Below are positions 1 through 12,223 of a DNA stretch of 64,000 nt, piece after piece (the first letter of the stretch is position 1; every line of letters begins with the position of its first letter). The notes beneath the pieces are model-generated. The model was not told the origin of the DNA. It did not search any database and saw only the letters and a program-made list of their open reading frames with translations. The stretch spans positions 22,297,168 through 22,361,167 of the forward strand of contig OZ316892.1 of the NCBI GenBank assembly GCA_973895155.1, in the 5' to 3' direction. Source of the stretch: Marsupella aquatica (lineage: Eukaryota; Plantae; Marchantiophyta). The position numbers and the translations under genes were made by a program.

Positions 1-44
1 CTTTACTGGAACGAAGAGCACAAACCCTTCATAAACCCAAGGCC

Positions 45-518
45 ATGTTATTGCCAAAACATTTTTCCCAAGTGATGACAACTCCGGAATATAACTTCAA
101 CACAGCATTGGCATATTGGCGGGGCATTCAAATGTGGGAGCACAAGTACGTTTTAATCCCCGTCTACCGGCCAAAACACTGGGTACTAGTTGTGGTTGAT
201 ACTGCCTTGCGGCAACTGCATTTACTTGATCCGCTTGTGCCCGAAGCACAGGATGGCACAGAAGTGTTCAAAGTAGCTCAGTTTCTTTCGGACCTCTCCA
301 TCTTGCGGGGTCGTACCTTGTTATGTCCATTAGAATGGCCACGCATTTACCGAGATAACATTCCAGGTCAAGGGGATGATTACAATTGTGGTGTATATAT
401 CATTATCTACATGGAGCGTATTTTTGGAGGCGGCGTACTGAACTTTGACCCTGCACTTATATACATCATGCGGCAAAAGATTGTCGTGGACCTTGTCTGC
501 CAGACAATTACCCTGTAG
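45..518 (+). CDS. Ulp1/peptidase C48 (SUMO protease-like) catalytic domain, probably transposon-borne and 5'-incomplete
   Basis: Motifs IPVYRPKHWVLVVVD (catalytic His, Asp) and IPGQGDDYNCGVY (oxyanion Gln, catalytic Cys) are typical of the C48 family. It lies in TE-like context, left of a terminal repeat ending at 9365. Confidence 0.8.
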   Translation: MLLPKHFSQVMTTPEYNFNTALAYWRGIQMWEHKYVLIPVYRPKHWVLVVVDTALRQLHLLDPLVPEAQDGTEVFKVAQFLSDLSILRGRTLLCPLEWPRIYRDNIPGQGDDYNCGVYIIIYMERIFGGGVLNFDPALIYIMRQKIVVDLVCQTITL

Positions 519-1807
519 AGAGGATGGAAGATGGAGACGCAGCCTAGTGGAATTTAGTTCAGAAAATTGAGATAGACAACATCGTTGTAAAGTTTGGTAC
601 AAAGCTTAATAAAAAGTGTGTCATCGAAACGTTCTTAATGTGGCTCCTATTTGATATGCTATGTTGTACACGTTGCTGGGTATGTTTTCATCTTGGCGAG
701 CTCAGCCGAGATGGAACAACACTCCAAGGATATCTCAGAGAGGGCACCAAGATGGTTAGAAAGGGCACCAAGATGGTCAGAGAGGCAGCCGACATTACTA
801 ATTGTCCGAACCAAAACAATGTCGGAGTGGACGCCGATATAGGGTTTGACTGTGGGTGTGAATTAAGTCCATGTTGGCGGTGTCGCTGAGTTTTGGGCAC
901 AGACTGATATCAATGACTGATGAAAGTCACTGATAACTGATGAAGTTGTGTACCCCCATTTTAAGGCATTTTACCGATTGTATTTCCATCGGACCCCTTT
1001 AGGAAATCCAACGGGGAAATCTCACCTCTCCGATACCAAAAGAATCACATTTTGTGATGTAATTTGTATCGGAAAACGACAATCAGAAACCAATTGGAAC
1101 TACCAATACTAAAACATTAGGGAGTTCTGTCCTCTAAACTGTTGGGAAATACTATGTCCGATGCCCATTTAATTGGATGTCTATTCCGCACATTTTTTGT
1201 TAACGGAGGCGTCCAATTCTAGACCAATAGTATGGGCATGGAAATGCTCGATTGTTTTGACATCGCAAATGTCCGATTGTTTTTGGAACGGAAATTGCGA
1301 TTACAGTGGAATTGGACTTTGCGATACTTTGGGGATGGAAAAGTACGATGATTGTGGCATTGGATATGGATTGGTATCTATCAGAAACTATTTGGCGAGC
1401 TTGGTTGGGCCAATTTTCAATGGGGGGCTAATTGGGAGTTTAATTGGGGTGCAATTTAATTTTTTAACTGAGTTTTTATTTAGGGTTTAGAGAGGGCATT
1501 TAGTTGATGGATGAGAGACTATCCATTTTGATTGCACACTATGTACCTTAAAACCCAACATGACATGGCGTAACTATATCTTATATACAAAAATGAAATA
1601 TCTAGGGCAAAAGTACAAAAAATGGACATCTCCATGCATAGTGCCAGCTATGCTAAAGGCTGGGCATATCAAATGTACATAATGCCCTCCAACTATCCAC
1701 CTCGCTAGCTTGGTACTAGATCTAAATATGTCTACCTAGTCCACTATCCACACAAGTTATGTCGCGTCTTCCTCTTCTTCACACAGGAACGACTAGGCTG
1801 CTCTGCT

Positions 1808-3100
1808 CTATGATTGAGTCCGGGATTGAGTCTCTACCGCTGACACACTAGGTAGCACATCATGGTCTTGGCTACTTGATCTGCCTCCATCGTCATGTGG
1901 ATGAGGTGCAGAAGCAATCTCTGGTACTCCCCCACCTCCAGATGTGCCTGAACCATGGGAGGGCACTCCTTCCCCGACACAAGTGTGGAAAGAAGCCCCT
2001 CCAGCACCACCACCACTACCCCCCTCAGGCCGAGTCTCACCCCCACCACTATGACGGGAACCTCCCGACTGGGTGCCTACACCACCACTATGAATAGGAG
2101 ATGGTGTGGGCACATGGCCACCAAGGCCCCCCCCGGACTGTTGCAAACCAGCTGGTACACTACCAGGGCTAGCCCTAAACTGATGAGGTGCAACAACTCC
2201 ACCACCACCCCCCTTAGGGCGAGACTCACCTCCGCCACTCCAGCTGGAACCTCCAGATTGGATGCCTACACCACCACTATGAATAGGAGATGGTGTCGGC
2301 ACATGACCACCAAGGCCTCCCCCGGACTGTCGCAAACCAGCTAGTACACTACGAAGGCCAGCCCTAAACTGACAAGGTGCAGCAACTCCACCACTACCCC
2401 CCTCAAGGCAAGACTCACCTCCACCACTACGGCCGGAACCTCCAGACTGGATGCCTACACCACCACTATGAACATGAGATGGTGTGGGCACATGACCACC
2501 AAGGCCTCCCCTGGACTGTCATGAACCAGTTGGTACACTACCAGGGCCAGCCCTAAACTGACGAGGTGCAGCAACTCCACCACTACCCCCCTCAGGGCGA
2601 GACTCACCTCCACCACTATGGCCGGAACCTCCTGACTGGCCAACGACACAACCAGTATGAACACCAGCCCGCTGTCAAGACCCACCTGGTACAACACCAG
2701 GGCCAGTCCTCACGCGACCACCTGCTATGGCTAGAACCCCTCGGTTGTGACCTACGGCTGAAACCCAGGACTCACTCCGTCCACTCCTACCGGCTAATCT
2801 CTGACAAGAAGGAGGCATATCACCTGCTCTGCGCTCCATCCGGCGAGTGGAGCCACCTACACCCCAACTAGACTGGTGACGTCCACTCTCTCTCGGTCCT
2901 GACCTGCCACATGCACCAGTAGAACCTTGTACTAGAGCCTCGGCCACACTCCCCTCCGAAGCATTATCGTCCTCCTCATCCTCCTCGTCCTCCTCCCCCT
3001 CCTCCCCCTCACCATCCTCCTCACTCTCCAAGTCCTCCTCACCCCCTGACTCATCTTGCACATAGTAACAATCTCCAATCCATATGTCATTCCGCAACAT
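1808..3100 (-). pseudogene. Degenerate acidic/Gly-rich low-complexity ORF with ~183-bp tandem units, interrupted by the 3107-8474 insertion
   Basis: ORF pieces 2675-3100 and 1808-2491 encode repeated GGHVPTPSPIHSGGVGIQSGGS units. Removing the insertion and one TSD copy continues the frame into 8480-8630, with TGA/TAG stops compatible with C>T decay. Confidence 0.5.
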
Positions 3101-3221
3101 ACGTACTGTGATGCCTAGACAGGAATCACTCGGCCGGTTAAGTGGGTAAAGCAGGAAGGCACCCTAGGAACACCTTAGTATAGTGACAAAACAAGGAAAA
3201 TATAAACAATTAGGGGCAACC

Positions 3222-6200
3222 ATGGAACCCGGGCAGAGGCCGGAGGTAAGGCTAAGGGTGAAAACCCGATTAGGGTTAGGGCGCGTTAAGCGTCGGCGGC
3301 TAGGAAGGATCAACGGGAAGAAGGACCGGCAGAGGAGAGGGGTAAGGAGCGCTTGCAGGAGATGGTGGCTCATTTGCGAGCACGAACTAGGCAGACGACT
3401 ACGGGAGGCCAACTACTGTCAGCTGCTTAGGCAAGCACTCGGGGAGAGAGTAGATACCGACGATCGACCTAAGGAGGGTATGAGCAACATCAATCAAGCG
3501 GCACATTTCTGGGGATGCCTGTTCGAACGGGCAACTGAGTACATCAAGACTTACGAGGACGAGGAGTCAGAAAGGGCAGCTCGAGAACGGCAGGAGCTCG
3601 CTCGATTGTGGGAGCTGCAGAAGACGACTTTCTTAGGAGGCGAACTCATCAAGGATGAGTTCCTGTGGACGCCTACTTCCAATCAACTCGACGATCTTCT
3701 GTTTTGCAAAGACAGCGTCGTCGGCATCCGAGAGGCCATCAAGAACTGCAACGACATACACTGGGAATTAAAGGGTAGCACGGAAAGGTGGACCCGGGCA
3801 ACGGTGCTAGGAGAAACCTCCACGGCAACAGAGATGAAGAGGAAGGGAGCCGTCAACGATGAAGCCACCCCGGCAAAAAGAACGAGGTCGGCGGCACCAA
3901 AGAAGCCAGCCGAGCAGCAGAGCAGGAGGCAGGGAGAAGCCGAAGAGGAGGAGGTCGATCCCATCAAGGCCATTCCAACCAGGGATGACACCTGGAAGGG
4001 CTGGGCGGCAACCCTACCGGTGGAGGTGCAACTACATTTTGCACGGGAGGAGGATGCATGCTTTACGGCCATGCAGACCAAGAAGTACCAAGGCTTCATG
4101 GCCGGATCCGGCTTGGAGGCCTTTGTAAGATTACCATGGCTGAAGCCGGAGGTACCGGAGTCAGACCTATTAGAATTCGTGGGGTCATGGGAACCCGAGA
4201 CCAATTGCACGAGGATATATGGGAAGGATTTCTATCTTACTCCCAAGGTAATTGCCGAAGTGTTTGGCTTGCCGATGGGCAATAAGACCAAAGTTGATAC
4301 CAGGAAGACCTTGCCTGACAAGGAGTTCCGGTCGTTCCCCGGGCCATCAACGAAGAATGGCTTCTTCCGGAACACCTGCACCAACCCGCACATAGGAGAG
4401 ATGATCGACTTCTTGCGGGTGACCATGCATTGTAACTTGCCGAGGGCAGAGATCGGCAAGGCACAGGTCTATCTGGCAGAAAGGCCAGACCCAAGCCGGG
4501 ACTACAACGGGTACCTCCTCAACCAATTGAAGAAGATCTTAAAGGAGGAGCAGCAGGTAATCAGCATGGGGAGCGTGTCGCGGCTTGGCTATCACATGCC
4601 GCTGTTGTGCCGGTATGCCAGAGGTCAGACTTTTGCCCCGGTACTTCCCCTGCAGGTAAGGGCACCCGAGGAAGCTCCAACACCGAGGCCGTTGGCTGAG
4701 AAGCCTCCACCACCTGTTAGTCCTACGATCGAGCAGGTGTTTAGGCCCAGGAAGGAAGACTTGCCGATGCAGCAACCAGGCATGCAGAGTCTGCTGAAAC
4801 TACTGGAGAAAGAAAAGAAATTGGCATCGGCAACAACAACGGCAACGGCAACAATGCAGGACACTACTACAGAGGTAGGCCTACACCGGCTCACAAGAGA
4901 AAACCCCTTTGTTGGAGACAAGGAGAGAATCAGGCCGGAATCCAAGCCAGGTGTTCGAATGTACGTGGGAACCTCAAGCTCCGAATCTGAGGCAGAATTG
5001 CCTGAAGCTCCTACCGACGAAGAGGAGAGGGAGAAGCCGGACGTCCAAGAAGTAGAGGAGGCAGTGGAGGACTGCAGCCATGATAATTCCGGCTATGGGT
5101 CGGACCATCACGTTCCAGGAGTAAGGACTTGTGGCCGGTTTGTCCCCACACTTCCAAGGGTAGTGCGAGGGGACCCCAACCAGCAGAGTAGCCCTGAGTC
5201 TCCCCCACCAGATGTTGCTCCCCCAAGCTTCGACGGCATAAAACAGACGGTGCAGGAATTTCAGGAGCGAATCAAGCAGGAGGAAGAGGCCGCCCTGGCT
5301 AAGGAAAAGGATTTACCAGGAGGAGATTGGCCGGAGGACATCAGGCGGCTAGCCGAAAAAGGAAGCAAACCTCTAGCCACGATTGAAGAGATCCGCAGGA
5401 CGGCTTGGGAGCAGAGGCCACGATGGGCGATGCCGATCACTTCTACTTACTCCACCTACGCTAAGAATAGAGCCATGGAGTATGGTGAGATGTGTGGGGA
5501 ACTTGCGCTCGGCATCTTTGGAGAGGAGTTGGAGATAGGACCCTTTTTCCATAGGGAGCAGTTGGAGAAGCACCAATTAGAAGAAGCGGTGGCTTTAGAG
5601 AGAAGCAAGAAGGACGAGGTCATTCGGCGGCTTAGGAGGATGGGAGCCGAGATTGAAGATCTAAGGGCGGCCAAGAAAGCCCAAGATGAACTGCGGATTA
5701 AACAACATGAGCTGAACATCATGCAGGGGCAGTTGGACGCCGCGCAGGCTGATAATCATAATATCAAGGATAAACTGACTCAGACGCAGGAAGAGTTGGC
5801 CGACACGATCAAAGAGAGGGAAAAGTGGAAGCAAGAGCTGAAGAATACAGAGGAGGCCCACATAACAGCCAACAGCCGGGCCATGGCGGAGACCCAAAGA
5901 AAGGAATGGGCGTTGAAAGGGGAGCTCGAGAAAATCCGCGGAGCCCTTGAGCAGAAGGAGGTCGAGTTAGGGAAATCCTATCAAGGGATTATGGCGCTGC
6001 AGCAGGAGCTTGCGTCCCTGACGGCCAGCTTCAAGGCCGACCTAAGGGAGAAGGACGAGATGGTCGAACAGACTTACGCCAAGATGAACCAGATGGAGTC
6101 TGTCATCATTGCAGAGCTCGACAAGGAGCTAAGAGCAACCCAGGAGGAGAGGGCTACCTTGAAGAAGGAATTGGAGGAAGCCCACAGGGAGCAGGAGGAG

Positions 6201-6821
6201 GCCAAAAACGAGCTGGAGGGGGCACGTAAGGACCTGGATGAAACCCAAGAGGAGTTGGAGGAAATCACGAGGAAGATGGAGAACCTACAGCGGCGGGCCG
6301 ACAACCAAACAGAGCGGCTGAAGAAACAAGCCGCAGTATTTAAATGCTTAGCTGCAGCAGGTCCATCTCCCGTTGGGACAAACCAGTTACCAGGGGTGGT
6401 AATTGCCGAAGGACAAGCCGCGTCAACTGCACCAGTGCCGGAAGTAAGTGGGAAGGGGAAGGGACCAGCTGCCGAGCCACCAACGAAGAAGAAGCGGAAA
6501 CCTCCAGGGTCAAGGAGTAATACGACTTCACAGGCCGTGGTGATCAAGGAGGTAGACCCAGCACCGACCCCAGACAGGGTCACGGCTAAGGATCCAACTA
6601 CCCTAGGGGAAGGGGAGGCCGAAGCCGAGGGAGTGGCTGAGGCCGAAGCCGTGGGTATTGCCGAGGCCGGTGTCGAGGCTGAAGCCGAAGGTGGACCCAG
6701 TCAGGCCGATGGAGAGTTGACTCGGTCAAGGGCAGGTAATCTGTCAGTAGGCGGGCCAACGGCAGTGGCTGAGGAGGAAGTGTTGGGGGCGTCCATTGAG
6801 GATCCACCACCGGTGTCGTGA
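3222..6821 (+). CDS. Retroelement accessory ('extra') ORF, ~1199 aa, with a plant-transposon-like domain and long coiled coil
   Basis: Uninterrupted ORF, first ATG at 3222. The segment GLEAFVRLPW..LLEFVGSW..RIYGKDFYLTPKVIAEVFGLP resembles Ty3/Gypsy (Athila/Tat-type) extra-ORF/PMD-like domains. An E/K/Q/L heptad-rich stretch spans ~5560-6340. Confidence 0.7.
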   Translation: MEPGQRPEVRLRVKTRLGLGRVKRRRLGRINGKKDRQRRGVRSACRRWWLICEHELGRRLREANYCQLLRQALGERVDTDDRPKEGMSNINQAAHFWGCLFERATEYIKTYEDEESERAARERQELARLWELQKTTFLGGELIKDEFLWTPTSNQLDDLLFCKDSVVGIREAIKNCNDIHWELKGSTERWTRATVLGETSTATEMKRKGAVNDEATPAKRTRSAAPKKPAEQQSRRQGEAEEEEVDPIKAIPTRDDTWKGWAATLPVEVQLHFAREEDACFTAMQTKKYQGFMAGSGLEAFVRLPWLKPEVPESDLLEFVGSWEPETNCTRIYGKDFYLTPKVIAEVFGLPMGNKTKVDTRKTLPDKEFRSFPGPSTKNGFFRNTCTNPHIGEMIDFLRVTMHCNLPRAEIGKAQVYLAERPDPSRDYNGYLLNQLKKILKEEQQVISMGSVSRLGYHMPLLCRYARGQTFAPVLPLQVRAPEEAPTPRPLAEKPPPPVSPTIEQVFRPRKEDLPMQQPGMQSLLKLLEKEKKLASATTTATATMQDTTTEVGLHRLTRENPFVGDKERIRPESKPGVRMYVGTSSSESEAELPEAPTDEEEREKPDVQEVEEAVEDCSHDNSGYGSDHHVPGVRTCGRFVPTLPRVVRGDPNQQSSPESPPPDVAPPSFDGIKQTVQEFQERIKQEEEAALAKEKDLPGGDWPEDIRRLAEKGSKPLATIEEIRRTAWEQRPRWAMPITSTYSTYAKNRAMEYGEMCGELALGIFGEELEIGPFFHREQLEKHQLEEAVALERSKKDEVIRRLRRMGAEIEDLRAAKKAQDELRIKQHELNIMQGQLDAAQADNHNIKDKLTQTQEELADTIKEREKWKQELKNTEEAHITANSRAMAETQRKEWALKGELEKIRGALEQKEVELGKSYQGIMALQQELASLTASFKADLREKDEMVEQTYAKMNQMESVIIAELDKELRATQEERATLKKELEEAHREQEEAKNELEGARKDLDETQEELEEITRKMENLQRRADNQTERLKKQAAVFKCLAAAGPSPVGTNQLPGVVIAEGQAASTAPVPEVSGKGKGPAAEPPTKKKRKPPGSRSNTTSQAVVIKEVDPAPTPDRVTAKDPTTLGEGEAEAEGVAEAEAVGIAEAGVEAEAEGGPSQADGELTRSRAGNLSVGGPTAVAEEEVLGASIEDPPPVS

Positions 6822-7000
6822 CGGTGCAAGGGTGCCGTTCCTTTTAGGGAAGGCGGACGTGGAGGGAGGAGGCGTGAGTGGGCAGGGCGGGCGCGGATCT
6901 CCACGTTTAGGATTAGGATCAGAACCAGGAGCGGCCCTGACACTTAGCTTAGTGGGATTGCGGTCCCACTGGTAGGAGCAACACTTGTGCTCCTGCCTTG

Positions 7001-8474
7001 CTGTACATAGGTAGATTCGGGCAAGTAGATTACTGTTAAGTAGATTAGGCTTACGATGCAAAGAATGGTGGATCCACTACCAGGATAAGTACCTGGGCAG
7101 CGGGGAGCTCAGGGCCTCTTCTTTAGCAAGTTTTTAGTTTGCACCAGCCGGGCTGGGATCAAGTAGTACGAGAAGCTCTCAGTTAGTCATACAGTGACCC
7201 TTGTGTATATTCATGTTTCCTCATGCCTAAGAGCTGAATAGAGTTGGCCTCACGGCTTAGTTCGCAGAACTTGTGTATGAGATGTACTGTTTGTATGGCA
7301 AGTGCATGGTATGACTCAGTCAGAATGAGTCATTTTGCTATTTGTGTGTCGCATTAACTTGTGTGAAGAGTGCCCACATCAACAGAAGGAAGGAAAGTAA
7401 GCAGGGGAGTGAGAGTTGGATGTGTCGAGCTGAGAGAGGTCTTAGCGGCTTAACCAAGCCTATTGGGGATCATTCCGGCGGCGGAATCCAAACATACCTA
7501 ACAAGACGGAGGGGAAGACAGGGGAAGGCCTATATTAGGCCGGCTACGTATCTCATGACCCGATGAAGGATCTGTCCAGTATATGTGTGTAAAATGTTAA
7601 TAGTAGTAGTAGAAGGTTAGCAGCGTCCCATGCCGCTAAGCCGCGGAAACGGCCTCGCCAAGCACGAGACCTGCGGGAATCGGCTTGAGCTGGGGGGTTT
7701 CTTGGGTTTAGGGAGCCATGGGACGCACCACACTGTACATAGGTAGATTCGGGCAAGTAGATTACTGTTAAGTAGATTAGGCTTACGATGCAAAGAATGG
7801 TGGATCCACTACCAGGATAAGTACCTGGGCAGCGGGGAGCTCAGGGCCTCTTCTTTAGCAAGTTTTTAGTTTGCACCAGCCGGGCTGGGATCAAGTAGTA
7901 CGAGAAGCTCTCGGTTAGTCATACAGTGACCCTTGTGTATATTCATGTTTCCTCATGCCTAAGAGCTGAATAGAGTTGGCCTCACGGCTTAGTTCGCAGA
8001 ACTTGTGTATGAGATGTACTGTTTGTATGGCAAGTGCATGGTATGACTCAGTCAGAATGAGTCATTTTGCTATTTGTGTGTCGCATTAACTTGTGTGAAG
8101 AGTGCCCACATCAACAGAAGGAAGGAAAGTAAGCAGGGGAGTGAGAGTTGGATGTGTCGAGCTGAGAGAGGTCTTAGCGGCTTAACCAAGCCTATTGGGG
8201 ATCATTCCGGCGGCGGAATCCAAACATACCTAACAAGACGGAGGGGAAGACAGGGGAAGACAGGGGAAGGCCTATATTAGGCCGGCTACGTATCTCATGA
8301 CCCGATGAAGGATCTGTCCAGTATATGTGTGTAAAATGTTAATAGTAGTAGTAGAAGGTTAGCAGCGTCCCATGCCGCTAAGTCGCGGAAACGGCCTCGC
8401 CAAGCACGAAACCTGCGGGAATCGGCTTTAGCTGGGGGGTTTCTTGGGTTTAGGGAGCCATGGGACGCACCACA
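7001..8474 (+). repeat. Head-to-tail duplication of the element's 3' terminal ~730 bp (7001-7732; 7733-8474)
   Basis: Both copies run CTGTACATAGGTAGATTCGGGC...GGGACGCACCACA. They differ by a few substitutions and an extra CAGGGGAAGA in copy 2. Confidence 0.95.
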
Positions 8475-9453
8475 CGTACCAGCATGAAGCCATCTTTCAA
8501 ATCATTCTAGTATCCGCACTTACTGAGGCCAACATGTCATCCAAGGCATGTGAATCTTCAGCGCCTGAGCACCATGCTCCTTTGCCAGCTCTCTCTTTGC
8601 CGGCAACAATGGTCGTCCGTGCTCCTTCTCCTACACACCCCAACCATATGCCACCCCCAATACTAAGGTCAATTATAGCAACCCTTCCCTGGCCTAATTA
8701 AACACCTAAACCCTTCACCGTCAAAGACCCATAAGAACACTTAGCCGTTCATGCACAAACTATTCAAAAATTTGAATTTATCCGATACTAGTAGAATTGG
8801 TACCCTCGACAATTCCGATGCTGCATCCGATACTTAAAGGATCGGACTAGAATTGGACCTTACATGCCGAAAGCAAAAAAAACTAAGGCATGATCGAGCG
8901 ATCCACCTACGGGCATAGAAAGACCTATCGCGGGTTTGGAAGGGTTAGGCATTCGTCAATTGGCCTCTGGTGATTAGGGAGGAGGACTGTTGCTGAAGGA
9001 ATGCAATGAAAAGTACACTCAATGACCAATGAAAAGTAAGTCAGGTGCCATGACACAAAGGGACTACTTATGTCTGCACTTAATTCATTGTACTTTATAA
9101 TGATAATCAATTCAATAAAAACCATAAACTTAGGGAAGAAAGTCATGAGGGGAACTTAGACACCATGTGTTCACGTTTTGTTTAGAGTCATTTTTCTCTC
9201 TCATGAGAATACTTAAAAAACTTTGTTCAAGTGATAAAAACTAAAGTCATTGGAATTAAAAATTAAGAGGGCTGCCAAAATGAGTTCAAAATTCTTTAAG
9301 ATACCAAAAATTAAAAGGGTTCAAAAATTAATTAAAATCTATTTAATACAAAGGATGCCCCCTTGATAAAGCACATTATGACACAAATATTATGAATAAG
9401 ACAAAATAGTGCATTCACCATATAGCATACTCATCCTGGAACATGATGAGTTA

Positions 9454-9690
9454 TTTTGTCCTATGCAGGAGATAAAAAAGTTGGGGCAATGTGAAAGGGA
9501 TAAAAAAGTTCCGTATGCAGTGGGGCAAGGGGAGAGGTATCCAAGGGGAGGGGTATACAATGCAGTGATTTTGTCCTATGCAGGAGATAAAAAAGTTGGG
9601 GCAATGTGAAAGGGATAAAAAAGTTCCGTATGCAGTGGGGCAAGGGGATGGGCATCCAAGGGGAGGGGTATCCAATGCACTGGGGGCAAG
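9454..9690 (+). repeat. ~115-bp tandem duplication at the Replitron left end
   Basis: ATTTTGTCCTATGCAGGAGATAAAAAAGTTGGGGCAATG... occurs twice. Confidence 0.9.
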
Positions 9691-9834
9691 GGGAAGGGCT
9701 TGCGATGGGCAAGGGGTCGACAAGAAGGGGCTGGCAAAGGGCAAAGGGCTGGGGAACGCAGGGCAAGGCTCACATTGTGAGACGATCAAATTCGAGGGGG
9801 CAAAGGGCGGCTGCGGCGGGTGCTGAAAGCTTGA

Positions 9835-10260
9835 GCTCGAGCTGCTGTCTGATCTTGCGAGCTGGGCTTGGGAGCTTGCTGGACTCGATCGATAGGGCTT
9901 GCAAGCTTGCTGGACTGGACTTCATGTTGCTCGTCTGATTTGATGCTGCTCGTCTGATTTGATCTCGCTGTCTGATCTCGCGAGCTGGGCTTGGGAGCTG
10001 GAGGCTGGGATGATTTGATGCTGCTCGTCTGATTTGATCTTGCGAGCTGGGCTTGGGAGCTGGAGGCTGGGAGCGATCGATAGAGGCTCGTGAGCTTGGT
10101 GGCTGCTGGCTGGAGCTTGGTGGACTGCTGCAGTGCTCGTCTGATTTGATCTCGCTGTCTGATCTCGCGAGCTGGAGGCTGGGAGCGATCGATAGAGGCT
10201 TGCGAGCTTGGTGGCTGCTGGCTTGGTGGCTGGAGCTTGGTGGACTGCTGCAGCCACCAA
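9835..10260 (+). repeat. Shuffled modular GC-rich repeats
   Basis: Recurring modules GCTCGTCTGATTTGAT, GCGAGCTGGGCTTGGGAGCT, GATCGATAGAGGCT and GAGCTTGGTGG. Confidence 0.85.
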
Positions 10261-11739
10261 GCCAGCAACAGTGTTGTGGGTTTCGGAGTGTCGAGAGATG
10301 ATCGAGAGATGTGGAGGTGGGATCAGTGCCTCGAGACAAGAGAGCAAAGGAGAAGAGCGAAGGAGAGATCAGGGCACTTGCTCACTCTTGCTTTTTGGGC
10401 CGTATTGTGTTCTCGCGGCATGAGCGAAAGGATAGGCTCTTGCGAGAGAGGTGAAGACCCTTTTCTTGCTTTTACGAGAGTTGTGATCTCGATTGTGTTC
10501 GGTTTTGCTCTTGCAAGTTCCTCATCTGCTCGTGCTGCACTTCTTTGGCGGATCCTGTAGCTGTTGTGTTGCTGTTGTCTGGGATGTGTAGCTTGGAGAC
10601 TGTAGCTGAGTGCGTCGTCAGCACCCCTGGTGTGGGGGCAGGATCGATCAGGCTCGATTGTAGCTCTGGTGATTTGGGTGTGCTTGCAATGCGATGTGAT
10701 GTGAGGCTACTTGTTGATGATTGTGTGCGTGGCCTTGTGCAACGAGGGGTGAGTCTCACAAGCTGCATTGTCTCAAGAGTTTGCCTGAAATACTTTCTCT
10801 GATTGGAGCGAGTTCTTCGGAGTTCAACCCGGCTGCCTGCCTGTCTGGACAGCCAGGATCTATAGGAAGGCGAGGACGAGTTACAAATGGACTAAGTAGG
10901 ATATTAGCTTGGTGAACCGTGACGACATTGGAGACATACTGCCCGATATAGCTCTCCTCCCGTGTGCCCTGCTTATCACTTACAGAGTTCTCATTGTTTG
11001 TGGAGTTTGTCTTACCAAAGTAGGAGAAGGCTGGTCAAGCGCATTTAGAAAGGCTGCAGGGCCCGTGAGAGTCCAGCCTCAGCTCGATGCTGCTCGTCTG
11101 ATTTGTGATCGTTGCTGCTGATAGATCGCTGCTATCATTGAGCTGCTGTTGATGCTCTGCTGCCCTTGGGGGTGCCCCATCATCGGAATAGTAGAGCAGG
11201 AGGGCGGAGAGAGGGAGGAGGAGCGTTGCTAGACTCCATGGCTGCTGCCTCTCGTTTTCAGCTCTCCAGGATCGAGAGGACCTCCTTGTCTGATCCATGT
11301 ATCTTGGAGATTTCCAAGTATTTTGGAGTTTGAAAGTATGAGGAAAAGTGAATGTTGCATATAATCTGGTCTCCAGGCTAAATGTTTTGGGTGACTCACC
11401 TTAGCATTTAGTCTGGGGAGGAGATTAGACTTCCTTCATAGCTACTTAACCTGAGCTCCTTTCTCAGTTCAGTATCTCCCTCCTTGTTCAGTGAATCACA
11501 GTGCGCAGCTCTGCCATCACTTTCTCAAGTCTTAGTGATTAGGCTCTTTGGTTGGCTCTGCCTTTGCTTTGCAGGGGCTTTGCTCTGCTTTGCTCCCATG
11601 CAGCTGCTCTAATCGTACTAAACCCAGTGGGCTTTCATTCAGTGCCATTGCTTCAGTGCTCACCTTTGCCATTGCTTTCCAGTGGTCTCCTTCAGTGAAA
11701 GTTCAGTGCCATTGCTTCAGTGTTCAGTTTGAGACATGA

Positions 11740-12160
11740 GAAGCTAAACTCGGATAACTTCCTACTCAGTTCATGTTGTTGTAATTGTCATCTCGGTCAC
11801 TAACCCAGAGCTGTCGGCTCAGTTATCTTTTTGCTCTTGTCTCGTTCACTAACCCAGAGCTGTCGGCTCAGTTATCTTTTGCTCTTGTCTCGGTCACTAA
11901 CCCAGAGCTGTTGGCTCAGTTATCTTTTTTCTCTTGTCTCGTTCACTAACCTAGAGCTGTCGGCTCGGTTACCTTCCTACTCAGTTCAGCTTGTTGTAAC
12001 AGTCATCTCGTTCACTAACCCAGAGTTGTCGGCTCGGTTAACTTCCTACTCAGTCCATTTTGTTGTAACAGTCATCTCTGTCACTAACCCAGAGCTTTCG
12101 GCTCTTTTCTTTGTGCAATAGAAGTCATCGCTCACTAACCTAGAGCTGTTGGCTCAGTAA
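11740..12160 (+). repeat. Degenerate 51-69 bp tandem repeats
   Basis: About 7 copies of TCACTAACC(C/T)AGAGCTGTCGGCTC. Confidence 0.85.
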
Positions 12161-12223
12161 CTGTGACTCTGTTATCTGTGCATGAGTTATCAATCTGTCT
12201 TTTGAATAGTCCTAAGTTTATTA

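Larger units (their letters stand above)
3107..8474 (+). mobile_element. LTR-retrotransposon-derived insertion (giant solo-LTR-like) with 5-bp TSD
   Basis: Begins TGTGATGC (3107) and ends GCACCACA (8474), a 7/8 inverted match. Flanked by CGTAC at 3102-3106 and 8475-8479. No gag, pol or PBS seen. Confidence 0.8.
1..9365. mobile_element. Right part of a large degenerate DNA transposon carrying Ulp1; left end outside the window
   Basis: ~9000-9365 ends ...ATACAAAGGATGCCCCCTTG and is the reverse complement of 26279-~26600 (CAAGGGGCATCCTTTGTATT...), so it is a shared family terminus. That the Ulp1 ORF belongs to this element is inferred. Confidence 0.5.

Noticed and set aside
9770-10560. Overlapping 100-190 aa ORFs in the GC-rich repeat region
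   Set aside because: Low-complexity products of tandem modules, open in several frames, with no domain signal.
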